Made by a program: the position numbers and the translations under genes. Shown piece by piece: positions 1 through 9,651 of a stretch of 64,000 nt of DNA (its first letter is position 1; the number at the start of each line of letters is the position of its first letter). Source of the stretch: Candidatus Thorarchaeota archaeon (lineage in GTDB: Archaea; Asgardarchaeota; Thorarchaeia; Thorarchaeales; Thorarchaeaceae). The stretch spans positions 12,157 through 76,156 of the forward strand of contig JAGSHN010000023.1 of NCBI GenBank assembly GCA_029855935.1, in the 5' to 3' direction. The notes below the pieces were generated by a model, which made no database searches, had not been told where the DNA came from, and saw only the letters and a program-made list of their open reading frames with translations.

Positions 1-3000
1 ACCGCCAAGCGTGGTGTCGTTGGCGCTCTGGGTTGGGAAGTTCGAGGACCAGGTCGTTCCGACGACGTAGATGTTGCCGCTACCGTCCAACTCGACATCA
101 TTGGCCTCGTCCGAGTGCGCAAGGTCGGAAGACAGACCATTGCCGCCCAGATACGTCGAGAAGATCAGACCGTTGCCCGTGGAGTTGAATTTCGTCACAA
201 AGGCGTCACTGTAGCCGCCTGACGTGCTCTGGTAGGCGTTTACAACGGGAATCGTGTTCGTGACACCCACAATGACCGCCTGCCCTGAGGTGTCCACTGC
301 GATAGCGTGGCCCTCAGTAGTGTCGTTGCCAAAGTACGTGGAGTAGATCAGACCGTTGCCGTTGGAGTTCAGCTTCAGCACGAAGGCATCGGGCGTGCCG
401 CTTCCAGAGCCGGAGTAGGTCGAGTCATAGGCGTTCACGGTCGGAAAGTCACTTGAGTAGGTCAGTCCGGTGGCATAGACGTTGCCATCGCTGTCTACAA
501 AGATGCCACGTCCGATATCGTCCCCGCTACCACCCACATAGGTGCTCCACACCACTGATGATGTGCGCGGGTCCAACTTGGTCACGAATACATCGAGTCC
601 GCCATTGTGTGTAGTGTCGTACGCGTCCACAGGAAAGCCATTGCCCTGGGTGGAGCCGACGACGTAGGCATAACCGTACAGATCTACTGCAATGTCATAG
701 CCTGAGTCACTGCTACCACCCCCCAGATAGGTGCTGAAGAGGAGGCCAAAGTCGACACGCACTCCGAACGCAAACACAGAGGCGGTCTCATGACCTGCTG
801 CGTCGCTGGCATAGACGTAGAGATAGGCCCATCCCTCTGCGAATGGTATTCGCGTCTCATAGGGCGACGTCCAAGAACTGTTCGAACTCTGTGTGGACCA
901 CCGATAGTAGGCGCTCGTCAGATGTGCGTCAGAGACTGAGACTTGGACGAGAGTCCCGGAATACTGAACCGTTCCATTCGTGGGCGATGTCAGACTGACA
1001 GCGGGCGGCGTGTCATCGCAGGTGAATGTGTAGCTTGTTGACGCCCAGTTGCCGGCAGTGTCATTGGCATAGACATAGAGCGTGTGTGGGCCATCGCCCG
1101 ACATCATAAAGACGTTGTAGGGAGCGTATAGTGTGGAGTTTCCGTTGGAGTCCCAGTGATAGAGCGCCGTGTCAACGGCGACATTGTCCGTGATTGTGAG
1201 GTTGATCACAGTCCCGGATTTCAGAATGCTGCCGTCGGGTGGGGAGATCAGCTGAATGGTCGGCGCCTGTGTGTCGTTATAGAGATGCAGAACGTAGCCT
1301 TCCCAGCTACCGCCAGGTGTCGATTGGAAGCCGTCGACAATGGGCAGGTCGTCGGATGTTGTCTGGAACGTCGCAGTGATGTTGCCCGAACTGTCAACAT
1401 CCAGCCCGACGACGTAGTCGTCGTAACTCCCACCGTAGTATGTGCTGAACAGCAGTGACTGGCCGTCGGAGGAGAAGCGGGTGATGACACCATCAGGACT
1501 GCCCTGTAGACTCATCAGCTCCTCACTGAGGGGATAGTCAGACGATGAAGAGTATCCCACGACCACAGGCTCCGTGCCAAAGGCCAGATCAATGTCATAC
1601 ATAATCTCGTCGCCCGAGCCGCCGATATATGATGAGTAGGAGAGGGAGCCTCCACCAGAGGCGACCTTTGCTACAAATCCGTCCCGCGAACCCCCGAGCG
1701 AGGAGTCGTATGCATTGACAACGGGGAAGTCCGATGACTCAGTATATCCGGTGACGTAGGCTGCACCCGCGGAGTCTACCACGATGGCTTTGACGTGGTC
1801 ATCGTAGCCTCCTCCGACATACGATGAGTAGACGTATCCGGAGAAGTCAGACTTGATCTCAGTGACGAATCCCTCATCCCATGACGAACTCGTAGACGAG
1901 TCAAAGGCATTGAGGAGTGGAAAGTCGGTCGACAGAGTACGGCCTCCAACGTAGATGTTTCCACTGCTGTCAACATCCAGACAGTAGCCATTGTCCTCAT
2001 TTGATCCGCCAAGATAGGTGGAGAAGACAAGGCCATTGCCTGTGCTGTTGAATACCGTCACAAAGGCATCACGTGATCCGTTCAAGGTGCTATCAATAGC
2101 GTTCTTCAGGTCAAAGTCAGAAGAGGCCGTTTCGCCAGTGACGAACATTCGGCCAGTACTCCCAAGACGAATTCCCGTTGCCCAGTCGTCGCCGCTGCCG
2201 CCGAGATAGGTCGAGAACAGGATTGATGAGCCGTTGCTACTGAGCTTCACAACGACAACATCACTGCCGCCATCAAGACCTGCCTGATAGGGACTAGCTG
2301 TCGGAAAATCAGTGCTTGTTGACGAGCCGACCACGTAGACATTGCCACTGGAGTCGACAGTGATTGGTGAACCGACAGTAGCCACGTACTCGTTGCTGGA
2401 GCCTCCGATGGCCGTGCTGAACACGAGCTGGCCGTCGTATGTGAGCATTGTGACGACTATGTCCGACTGACTCACAGTCGAGTCATACGCGTTCTTGAAA
2501 GGAAAGTCGGTGGAGTACGTGTAGCCCACCGCGTATATCCCGTCACTGGTGACGACTACGTCATTGATGTAGTCATTGGCGCTACCGCCGAGGTACGTGC
2601 TCATAGTCACAACCAGCGGATCAATCACAAGAGGCTTGTGAGGGTCGTAGTCACCCACGGCAAATCCGTACGAGTCGGCCGCAAGCTGGACAAAGTGGCT
2701 CTCGATGACGGTGGAGCCCTGCTGAACGAGCAGGCCTGACTCGCCATATGTGGGGACACCATCGCTCTCAAAGAGTATCTCATCGCCCCTGATGAGCGGA
2801 TGCCCCTGACTTACCACGACCTCAATCTGAGTTGGGTCAGCACCAGGCCGGACATAGAACTCGCTCTTCAATCCGCGGTCCGTCATATAGTAGTAGAGAT
2901 CGATACCATCGTAGATATTCCGATACACTATCTGGTCGAACGTGGGGATATCGGTGTACTGACGACTGCCAATGAAATAGTTGACACGATGCATCTTCTG

Positions 3001-3378
3001 ACTCAGGCCCTCCGGCAGGGCTAGGTTGGCACCACGGAACGACAACATCGTTGAGAACCTTCGTCCACTGTCGTCCATCCATACCAGCCGCACTGCCGAC
3101 GGCAAGAATGCCACGCTGGCAGCCCGTCCCTCCAGATAATAGTAGATGTTGTCATCCGAGACCTGACCGATGTTCCTCACGAATCCACCGAATGGCAGAT
3201 TGCCACCCTTGACCGACCGGACCACATCGGTCCTGACGGTGGGGCGCATCGGCATTGAGTCGACCGAGGCCGACAGGTCAGGACTAGATTCCGCAGCCGC
3301 AACACTCGCGGCTGGTGCTATTGCCATACTCGCACATAGCACGATGACCATGAAGAGCAGAAAGAATCTGCGCAACAT
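1..3378 (-). CDS. Secreted SBBP beta-propeller repeat / Ig-like domain surface protein. It is partial: the ORF runs off the window at position 1.
   Basis: A continuous minus-strand frame has no stops from the ATG at 3376-3378 down to position 1; I checked triplets across 1-180 and 3301-3378. The N-terminus MLRRFFLLFMVIVLCASMAIAPAASVAAAES is signal-peptide-like. Repeated units of the form FSTYLGGSxxD...VDSSGNIYVTG...SSDFP match the SBBP beta-propeller repeat. There are many NxT/S sequons. Confidence 0.75.
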   Translation of the reverse strand, partial: MLRRFFLLFMVIVLCASMAIAPAASVAAAESSPDLSASVDSMPMRPTVRTDVVRSVKGGNLPFGGFVRNIGQVSDDNIYYYLEGRAASVAFLPSAVRLVWMDDSGRRFSTMLSFRGANLALPEGLSQKMHRVNYFIGSRQYTDIPTFDQIVYRNIYDGIDLYYYMTDRGLKSEFYVRPGADPTQIEVVVSQGHPLIRGDEILFESDGVPTYGESGLLVQQGSTVIESHFVQLAADSYGFAVGDYDPHKPLVIDPLVVTMSTYLGGSANDYINDVVVTSDGIYAVGYTYSTDFPFKNAYDSTVSQSDIVVTMLTYDGQLVFSTAIGGSSNEYVATVGSPITVDSSGNVYVVGSSTSTDFPTASPYQAGLDGGSDVVVVKLSSNGSSILFSTYLGGSGDDWATGIRLGSTGRMFVTGETASSDFDLKNAIDSTLNGSRDAFVTVFNSTGNGLVFSTYLGGSNEDNGYCLDVDSSGNIYVGGRTLSTDFPLLNAFDSSTSSSWDEGFVTEIKSDFSGYVYSSYVGGGYDDHVKAIVVDSAGAAYVTGYTESSDFPVVNAYDSSLGGSRDGFVAKVASGGGSLSYSSYIGGSGDEIMYDIDLAFGTEPVVVGYSSSSDYPLSEELMSLQGSPDGVITRFSSDGQSLLFSTYYGGSYDDYVVGLDVDSSGNITATFQTTSDDLPIVDGFQSTPGGSWEGYVLHLYNDTQAPTIQLISPPDGSILKSGTVINLTITDNVAVDTALYHWDSNGNSTLYAPYNVFMMSGDGPHTLYVYANDTAGNWASTSYTFTCDDTPPAVSLTSPTNGTVQYSGTLVQVSVSDAHLTSAYYRWSTQSSNSSWTSPYETRIPFAEGWAYLYVYASDAAGHETASVFAFGVRVDFGLLFSTYLGGGSSDSGYDIAVDLYGYAYVVGSTQGNGFPVDAYDTTHNGGLDVFVTKLDPRTSSVVWSTYVGGSGDDIGRGIFVDSDGNVYATGLTYSSDFPTVNAYDSTYSGSGSGTPDAFVLKLNSNGNGLIYSTYFGNDTTEGHAIAVDTSGQAVIVGVTNTIPVVNAYQSTSGGYSDAFVTKFNSTGNGLIFSTYLGGNGLSSDLAHSDEANDVELDGSGNIYVVGTTWSSNFPTQSANDTTLGG

Positions 3379-3563
3379 TTTCCAGCACTCTTCCTAGGTG
3401 GTGAAAAACTAGGAACGTGAGTGGTTTCGGCATCTAATAAGAGTTAGTTGTAGCAGCACTGGGACCGTTTGCGCGGTGCACTGGTCAAAGACAATCATCG
3501 CAATGCGTAGACATCGGAGAACGACTTATTGCGAAGAGGGTCGATTGCCGGGCTAGGGGTCTG

Positions 3564-4448
3564 TTGGTGTCTGAGGAGAAAAGGCTCGACTACTTCTGCG
3601 GCGAGTGGGGTCCGTGCTGGGGGTTGATTGCGGCCCTGCTCTTTCTGTACCTGGTGACACCGGGAGTGATGACCCTCATACTGGGACTCTCGGTGCTCCT
3701 CTCGATCGTCTACCAATTCTATGGGGCGCTCGGCCTGATGGATCTCACCTTGAGAATGACGGGCCTAGAGAGAGTGACAGCGCGCACAGTGCTTCTGATC
3801 TGGTCAGTAGTCTGCCTCCTACCCCTCCTCGCACCATTGCTCACGACTCCTGAAGGAACGACGGGGCAGTCGATACTTGCGGACCCAGTCATCGGACTGA
3901 TCATAGACGCGATGCGGCTGGTGCTTGCAGCTGTACGGGCGGCGGCATTCCTCTACGGCGTTGGCTGCGTTGTAGCAATCAGCGCGGGCCTCGCAATACA
4001 CAGGCTGGTGGTAGGCGTTCTGGGCGAAGACCTTGCTCAGGGAACCAAGGCGTTCCTGTTGACATGCGCCGGCTACTTCATCCTGATGGAATTCTTGGCG
4101 CTGCGGACCACCGCACTCCTTGTCGCAGGAGTACTCACACCCACCGTCGATGACATCATCGGCTCGGTCTGCGGCATCAGCCTGCTTCGAATCGTATGGG
4201 TCTGCTCCGCCGGACTCGCCCTAGGGCTCAGGGTGCGGATGGAGAACAGGCCGCTACCGGGCGAGGAGAGCATCAAGGCTATTCCATGGATTGTGCGTGC
4301 AGTGCTGGCAGCGGTTCTTGGTCTTCTGGTTGTTGTCAGCCTGAATATGGTGATGACGCTCCAACTCACAGCAGTCCTCATTCTCTTGTGGCTCCTAGTG
4401 ATATTCTACATCTACTTCCTGAATCCGGAGGATGACGAACAGGACTGA
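3564..4448 (+). CDS. Multi-pass integral membrane protein of unknown function.
   Basis: 294-aa ORF whose length is dominated by hydrophobic helices (LIAALLFLYLVTPGVMTLILGLSVLLSIV..., ...LILLWLLVIFYIYFL). The start is TTG/GTG at 3564/3567, so the true start is uncertain. Confidence 0.5.
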   Translation: MVSEEKRLDYFCGEWGPCWGLIAALLFLYLVTPGVMTLILGLSVLLSIVYQFYGALGLMDLTLRMTGLERVTARTVLLIWSVVCLLPLLAPLLTTPEGTTGQSILADPVIGLIIDAMRLVLAAVRAAAFLYGVGCVVAISAGLAIHRLVVGVLGEDLAQGTKAFLLTCAGYFILMEFLALRTTALLVAGVLTPTVDDIIGSVCGISLLRIVWVCSAGLALGLRVRMENRPLPGEESIKAIPWIVRAVLAAVLGLLVVVSLNMVMTLQLTAVLILLWLLVIFYIYFLNPEDDEQD

Positions 4449-4466
4449 CCGACAGTGTGCGGGCAC

Positions 4467-5378
4467 TCAGACTCTTCGCTCGGTGCGGGTCAGCTGGAAT
4501 CGGCAGGTCTTGTCCCCGCGCGCTCTGCATGCAGTCTCCTTGACCTCTACGCTGGGGTTCCCGATGGCACCCTCGATGAACCCGAGGAAGAAGTAACATA
4601 GCGGCTCGTCTGCGGTGATGCCCCGACACTCAGGACATATCGGGATGTCGAAGAATTCCCTGTCCCTGTCATACCTGCACACAGAGATCTCGTTCAGCAG
4701 TCTCAGCGTGTCCTCGGGGGTCACCACGAAATCACCAAGGCGGTCGACCGCCACGTGAGATCCAAGGTATCTACCAAGCGTCTGCGCCACAAGATGCTGG
4801 ACATCTGTCGCCTCTCCAAAGTAGAGAGGCAGTCTTCTGATGGCCGCGATGGTCCCCTCCGGGAAGCTCTTCGTCATATCTGTGCCGAGATTGGTTATCA
4901 TATAGATGTAGTGCAGTGGGACGAACTCGGGCAGAAAGTCCAGTACTCGCGGGAACTGCCTCTCGATCTGCTCCATCTGCTCGTACAGGTTTATGACGGT
5001 GAGGCGGAACGGACGGAAGAGGTCAGGGCGAACAAAGATGTCCTCATCGCGTATCACATCACCGAACTCCTGAAAGAACTCGTATTCCACCTGCCTGACA
5101 AGATAGTTGGCAAAGCGTTCGCTGTCGGTGTCGTTTGTGTAGGCGACAAAGATCACGGGGTCACGAAACGAGTACACAAGCAGTCCGTCCTCGACCGAGA
5201 TGGACCTGAGCTCTCTGTGGCCCAGTTGCTGAATCAGAGTGTTCACTGCGCTGATGAACCCGCCAAAGAGCTCATCAAATGACGGGATGCTCGACATGGA
5301 GCTGCCAGACAGCCCCACCGTCAGCAGCGGAATGCCGTCCCTGTGAATTATGTAGACCACTCCAATGTTCCGTTCCAT
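4467..5378 (-). CDS. V4R (4-vinyl reductase-like) domain protein, a putative small-molecule-binding or regulatory protein.
   Basis: The C-terminus CPECRG...CYFFLGFIEGAIGNPSVEVKETACRARGDKTCRFQL fits the V4R pattern (G-rich helix followed by V.E..C.A.G...C.F). The N-terminal half is unassigned, possibly roadblock-like. It is co-oriented with two small membrane-protein genes immediately upstream. Confidence 0.5.
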   Translation of the reverse strand: MERNIGVVYIIHRDGIPLLTVGLSGSSMSSIPSFDELFGGFISAVNTLIQQLGHRELRSISVEDGLLVYSFRDPVIFVAYTNDTDSERFANYLVRQVEYEFFQEFGDVIRDEDIFVRPDLFRPFRLTVINLYEQMEQIERQFPRVLDFLPEFVPLHYIYMITNLGTDMTKSFPEGTIAAIRRLPLYFGEATDVQHLVAQTLGRYLGSHVAVDRLGDFVVTPEDTLRLLNEISVCRYDRDREFFDIPICPECRGITADEPLCYFFLGFIEGAIGNPSVEVKETACRARGDKTCRFQLTRTERRV

Positions 5379-5765
5379 CTAATCTTCTCCAAAGAGCCGT
5401 TCTGAGAACCTGTAGAACCGCTCGAATGCGAACACCAAGATGAATATGGCGATGAGGAACAGCCCGAGTCTGAGAGGTTTCCACACCTCATTGTAGAAGC
5501 TGCTCGGTGTGAACCAGAACCACTCGTCATAGGCGTCCATTGCCGTGCTGATCATTCCGAGTATCGCAAAGAGTATCAGCGGATAGAATGTGCTTCTCCG
5601 CTCCAGCACTGGATAGCGCCGCGCCGCGTGAATGATCACAAGCAGGAGGATCACGAACATCACGGCCGTTCCCACATCGAGAAATGCCTTCAGAATCTGA
5701 AGAGGATCAGTCGGCGGTCGAAACTCCACGGTCACTCCCTGCATCATCGCCATCACACCCCCCAC
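5379..5765 (-). CDS. Small membrane protein (about 3 TM).
   Basis: 128 aa. Its stop abuts the start codon of the 4467-5378 gene (5378/5379). It has hydrophobic segments VGTAVMFVILLLVIIH, FYPLILFAILGMISTA and LGLFLIAIFILVFAF. Confidence 0.5.
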   Translation of the reverse strand: MGGVMAMMQGVTVEFRPPTDPLQILKAFLDVGTAVMFVILLLVIIHAARRYPVLERRSTFYPLILFAILGMISTAMDAYDEWFWFTPSSFYNEVWKPLRLGLFLIAIFILVFAFERFYRFSERLFGED

Positions 5766-6118
5766 TCCCCGGCACCCATCTCCGCTATCTGATAGATGCC
5801 TACCGCAAAGAGAAGCAGGCCCAACACGAAGGTCGTACCGTCGGCAAGATTCAGAAGATTCACCGTGAAGTCGTCAAGCTGCAACGTGTCAAGGACATCG
5901 AAGACACCGTGGGCAACCAAGAAGACAAGTCCCAGCACTATCAGCTGCCATCCTCCGTCCGCCAGACGCGCGTGCCTGCGGCCCACGAACACCGCAACAA
6001 TGGTGGCAAGGACCAGGCCCGCGACTATGACTATCTCTGACGATATCAAGGGGATGTCGTTGGGGTCGAGTAGCACAGTCTGCATTTCAACACCATCACA
6101 CGGGTGCGCATTCCACAC
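5753..6118 (-). CDS. Small membrane protein (about 3 TM).
   Basis: 121 aa. It overlaps the downstream gene by 13 nt. Hydrophobic helices are IVIVAGLVLATIVAVFVG, LIVLGLVFLVAHGVF and FVLGLLLFAVGIYQI. Confidence 0.45.
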   Translation of the reverse strand: MWNAHPCDGVEMQTVLLDPNDIPLISSEIVIVAGLVLATIVAVFVGRRHARLADGGWQLIVLGLVFLVAHGVFDVLDTLQLDDFTVNLLNLADGTTFVLGLLLFAVGIYQIAEMGAGEWGV

Positions 6119-6715
6119 AATAAACTACTCGGTAGTGAACAAAGGCCTCAGAGTGTAGGAATAAACGAACGGAGAAACACGCTCGAACCACATTGCACCT
6201 TGAGATCCACCCTGTCTGTAGGATCGTCCAGCCCTCCGGTCCATCAGCCGAATGGTATTCCAACGGGGTGCGCCGCCGTGACGAGCAGAGACAGGAGGAA
6301 GTTGTGCGATGTCGTCTAGCGTGTCCGGAACGTAGGTCCGGCAGGTGTATTCGACCCTGTCGTTCGTGATCGACAAGAGGTTTCCGTTCCGCACCTATGT
6401 CCAAACACCCGCGATGCGCCGCACATCGGCCACTGTCAATACGATGACCGCACCACGCGCCCTCGTTCCATGCGTCGTACCCAGCAGCACGTTCTCCACA
6501 GTCTTGATGAGGGCAGGCTGCAGCGACTGGATCTTCTCACGGCCGACTGATTGGTCCCCGGAGGTAGAACGTACAACTATGCACCACGCAGCAGGGTGGC
6601 ACTCTGTTCTTGGCGTAAAGTCCCGCACTCTCGTGCCAACAATCGATCTCGTGGAGTAACAGATAAATTGAGGCCACAAATGACCGCCTCAAGCAACATC
6701 AAGGAGACTAGTCCA

Positions 6716-9187
6716 ATGACCCACCACCACAGACTACATGTACGGAGACTCGTCATCTTGACGCTGCTTGTGACTATACTCTCCTCGTTCCTTGTGACAA
6801 CAAGACTCAGTACAGACCCGTCGCCATTGACGGTTGACCCGACCAATACCCCAACCCGGCGGGACGCCCGTGCGACTCAGGCGATTCCAGCCATCTCGTC
6901 GGCCTATGCCACACAAGACAGCATTCTTGAACCTCGTGAGGAATGGTCGATTGACAGTGCGAGGCAATGGTACTGGCCCGTTGTTCACGACCTGAATGGA
7001 GATGGCAACGTGGAGCTCGTCGTAGAGACTAGTGACGGCATTCTATGTGCCAATGCCAAGAGCGGGTCAACAATCTGGACATTTGACTTTGCGAGTAGCG
7101 GTGAGATCTTGAGCAGCGACATTGCAATGGCAGATGCCAACGGAGACGGCACCAGTGACGTGATTGTTGCAATCACGGATCAGCCGCAGGACAAGGACAG
7201 ACTGGTATGTATTAATGGCGGAACAGGTGAACTGCTCTGGCAGAAGCAGAACGGCGATCAAATCACATTGGTCGCGGCCTACGACATCATGGGCGATGCA
7301 GACTACGAACTCCTGGTAGGATCCGGGAACCTCTCGTGTCTTGACGTGTCAGACGGCTCAGTGCTATGGACGGCACTCAGCGGTGTGTGGTTGTACGGTA
7401 ATCCCGTGATCAGCGATTTCAACGGCGACGGTTGGACCGAGATATATGTCCCAACCGAGAACAATCTCTACTGTCTCGGATATGACGGCTCGGTGAAGTG
7501 GAGTGCTTCCGGTGGGGGCCATGTTCCGCAGGGTGTCTTTCTTGCCGACGGTGATGAGGATGGTGAACCTGAACTCTATATGTTGTCCGATGAGATTGAG
7601 GTCCGTAGACCCAGTAGCGGCGCACTGGTCTGGAGTATCGACTGTGAGGCCTCAGCAATTGTTCCCGGAGACGTGGATGGAGACGGCCATCTGGAGGTCA
7701 TCGCCTCGTCGAGCAAGACTGTCTATTGCTACAACCTCGACGACAGAGGTTCTCTTCTCTGGTCAAGAAGGCTAACGAACAAGGCCTCAGTACCCACAAT
7801 CGTGGATGTGGATGGCGATGGCGATCTGGATGTCGTGGTGGCCGAGTCTGATGGAAGCCACGTTCGTGCCCTTGATGGCAGGTCGGGTGAGGTGCTGTGG
7901 GACCTGAATGACTACTTTGGAATTCCACGCTCCGTTGTAGTTGCCCCCCGCGGTCCCAGTGAGAACGAGGACTACTTCTACCTTCTGGCCCCAACGTCGT
8001 CAGACGGACTCGTCTGTCTGAATCCTGCAACATATGGCAGGCGTGTCTTCTGGCAGAATCCGGGTGGTGTGTTTGATTGTCTTCCACTCAGAGACACGAG
8101 CGCTATTGATGCAGATGGCGACATGATGTCGGCACGTAGCGAGGTGACATATGGCACTGACCTTCTCGATGCCGACACAGACGATGACGGGCTGCCAGAT
8201 GGTTGGGAGGTCTCGAACCAACTTGACCCCCTGAATGCAAGCGATGCTGGGGACGACCCGGACGGGGACGGACTCGCCAACATCTTTGAGTACGGCAACT
8301 GCACGGACCCCACTGACCCCGACACAGACAACGACGGAATGCCGGATGGCTGGGAACTCAGCAACCGCCTTGATCCACTTAACGCAGAAGACGCGAACGA
8401 TGACAACGATGAGGACGAACTCACGAACCTTGAGGAGTACCAGCTAGGTACCAACCCCCACTCCTGGGACACAGACGGAGACCTCATGTCAGACAGCTGG
8501 GAGGTTGCAAACAATCTCAATCCTCTGGTCGACGACAGTACGGACGATCCCGACAATGATGGCGCGACCAACGGGGATGAGTACATTGCAGGTACGGACC
8601 CGCACGATAGCGACACGGATGACGATGGTCTCCTTGATGGCTGGGAGATGCAGTACGTCGGTCTGGACCCGCTTCAGCCCGGACAGGGTGATGAGGACTC
8701 GGACTCTGACGGCCTGACGAACCTACAGGAGCAAGACGCGGGAACGAATCCGAACAGACCAGACACCGACAACGACCACTGTCCGGATGGCTGGGAGATT
8801 GCCCACGACCTTGATCCACTCGACCCTGACGACGGCGCTGAGGACACGGACTCAGACGGCCTGATCAATTCGCTCGAATACGACTATGGCACTGACCCGA
8901 GGGACGCCGACACCGACGGCGACACAATGCCTGATGGTTGGGAGGTCCAGTTTGGCCTAGACCCCACTGACCCCACAGTCGGCGATGCGGATGGTGATAT
9001 GCTTGACGACAGTCAGGAGTTCGCTCTCGGCTCCTTGCCCAACTGTTCAGACACTGACGGCGATTTCGCTCCTGACGGTCTCGAGGCTATGATCTCTCTA
9101 TCGCCCACCAACCCCAATGACTTCAGAATCGTCATGGGCATACTCGTTGTCGTAATGATTGGAGTTGTGTGGAAGAGAAGGCGGTGA
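6716..9187 (+). CDS. Giant cell-surface protein with an N-terminal signal anchor, a PQQ/FG-GAP-like beta-propeller, tandem thrombospondin type-3-like Ca-binding repeats and a C-terminal TM anchor.
   Basis: The ORF is open from 6551, but the likely start is the ATG at 6716 (MTHHHRLHVRRLVILTLLVTILSSFLV). Propeller repeats include DLNGDGNVELVVETSDGILCANAKSGSTIW. D-x-D-x-DG repeats such as DTDDDGLPDGWE and DTDNDGMPDGWE span about 8.10-9.09 kb. The C-terminus is FRIVMGILVVVMIGVVWKRRR. Confidence 0.8.
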   Translation: MTHHHRLHVRRLVILTLLVTILSSFLVTTRLSTDPSPLTVDPTNTPTRRDARATQAIPAISSAYATQDSILEPREEWSIDSARQWYWPVVHDLNGDGNVELVVETSDGILCANAKSGSTIWTFDFASSGEILSSDIAMADANGDGTSDVIVAITDQPQDKDRLVCINGGTGELLWQKQNGDQITLVAAYDIMGDADYELLVGSGNLSCLDVSDGSVLWTALSGVWLYGNPVISDFNGDGWTEIYVPTENNLYCLGYDGSVKWSASGGGHVPQGVFLADGDEDGEPELYMLSDEIEVRRPSSGALVWSIDCEASAIVPGDVDGDGHLEVIASSSKTVYCYNLDDRGSLLWSRRLTNKASVPTIVDVDGDGDLDVVVAESDGSHVRALDGRSGEVLWDLNDYFGIPRSVVVAPRGPSENEDYFYLLAPTSSDGLVCLNPATYGRRVFWQNPGGVFDCLPLRDTSAIDADGDMMSARSEVTYGTDLLDADTDDDGLPDGWEVSNQLDPLNASDAGDDPDGDGLANIFEYGNCTDPTDPDTDNDGMPDGWELSNRLDPLNAEDANDDNDEDELTNLEEYQLGTNPHSWDTDGDLMSDSWEVANNLNPLVDDSTDDPDNDGATNGDEYIAGTDPHDSDTDDDGLLDGWEMQYVGLDPLQPGQGDEDSDSDGLTNLQEQDAGTNPNRPDTDNDHCPDGWEIAHDLDPLDPDDGAEDTDSDGLINSLEYDYGTDPRDADTDGDTMPDGWEVQFGLDPTDPTVGDADGDMLDDSQEFALGSLPNCSDTDGDFAPDGLEAMISLSPTNPNDFRIVMGILVVVMIGVVWKRRR
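8100..9090 (+). repeat. In-frame array of about 12 thrombospondin type-3-like DxDxDG calcium-binding repeats inside the surface-protein gene.
   Basis: Recurrent D(T/A/P)D(x)DG(L/M)PDGWE and DP(L/T)N motifs. The antisense ORFs 7698-8616 and 8517-8868 are low-complexity artefacts of this array. Confidence 0.65.
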
Positions 9188-9651
9188 CAGTACTCGGCAC
9201 TCGTGCAGTTCACTAGCCCCACGACGGGTAGACCGGCAACAAGGTCAGGTCGGAACACAACATACAGACCTCAGACCGGATCTCGGGTCGAAGTACGGAC
9301 TGCCGACAAGCATATGTCGCTCCAGATGGGTCGCTCGTGCCTCCGTTGGCTGAAGCAAGTGGGCCAGTGGCGCAGATGATGCAGCCACCGTAGGGAGGAG
9401 AGGTCTCCCCCGCCCAACCTAGTTCCGTTATGCCCCGTTCTCAGCGGACGACGCCAGCAGATGACACCTGCTCCAACGCGCCACTCGGGACACAGGAACA
9501 TGCTCCTGGGAGGCGTTATGAACGGCAGGCCGGGAGAGGGGCTATCCACCGGCGTCATCCGGCCGAACTACTCACGCAGCGTCGTCCCGGCTCTGTATAT
9601 AAGGGGAACATGGGACGACGCCGAGGGTTCCAGAGTTTACTTCCCGCGGAC

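Noticed and set aside
7698-8868. Antisense ORFs (129, 212, 100 and 64 aa) inside the TSP3-repeat region of the 6716-9187 gene
   Set aside because: They are S/P/R-rich low-complexity translations of the reverse strand of a D-codon-rich repeat array and lie entirely within a well-supported gene.
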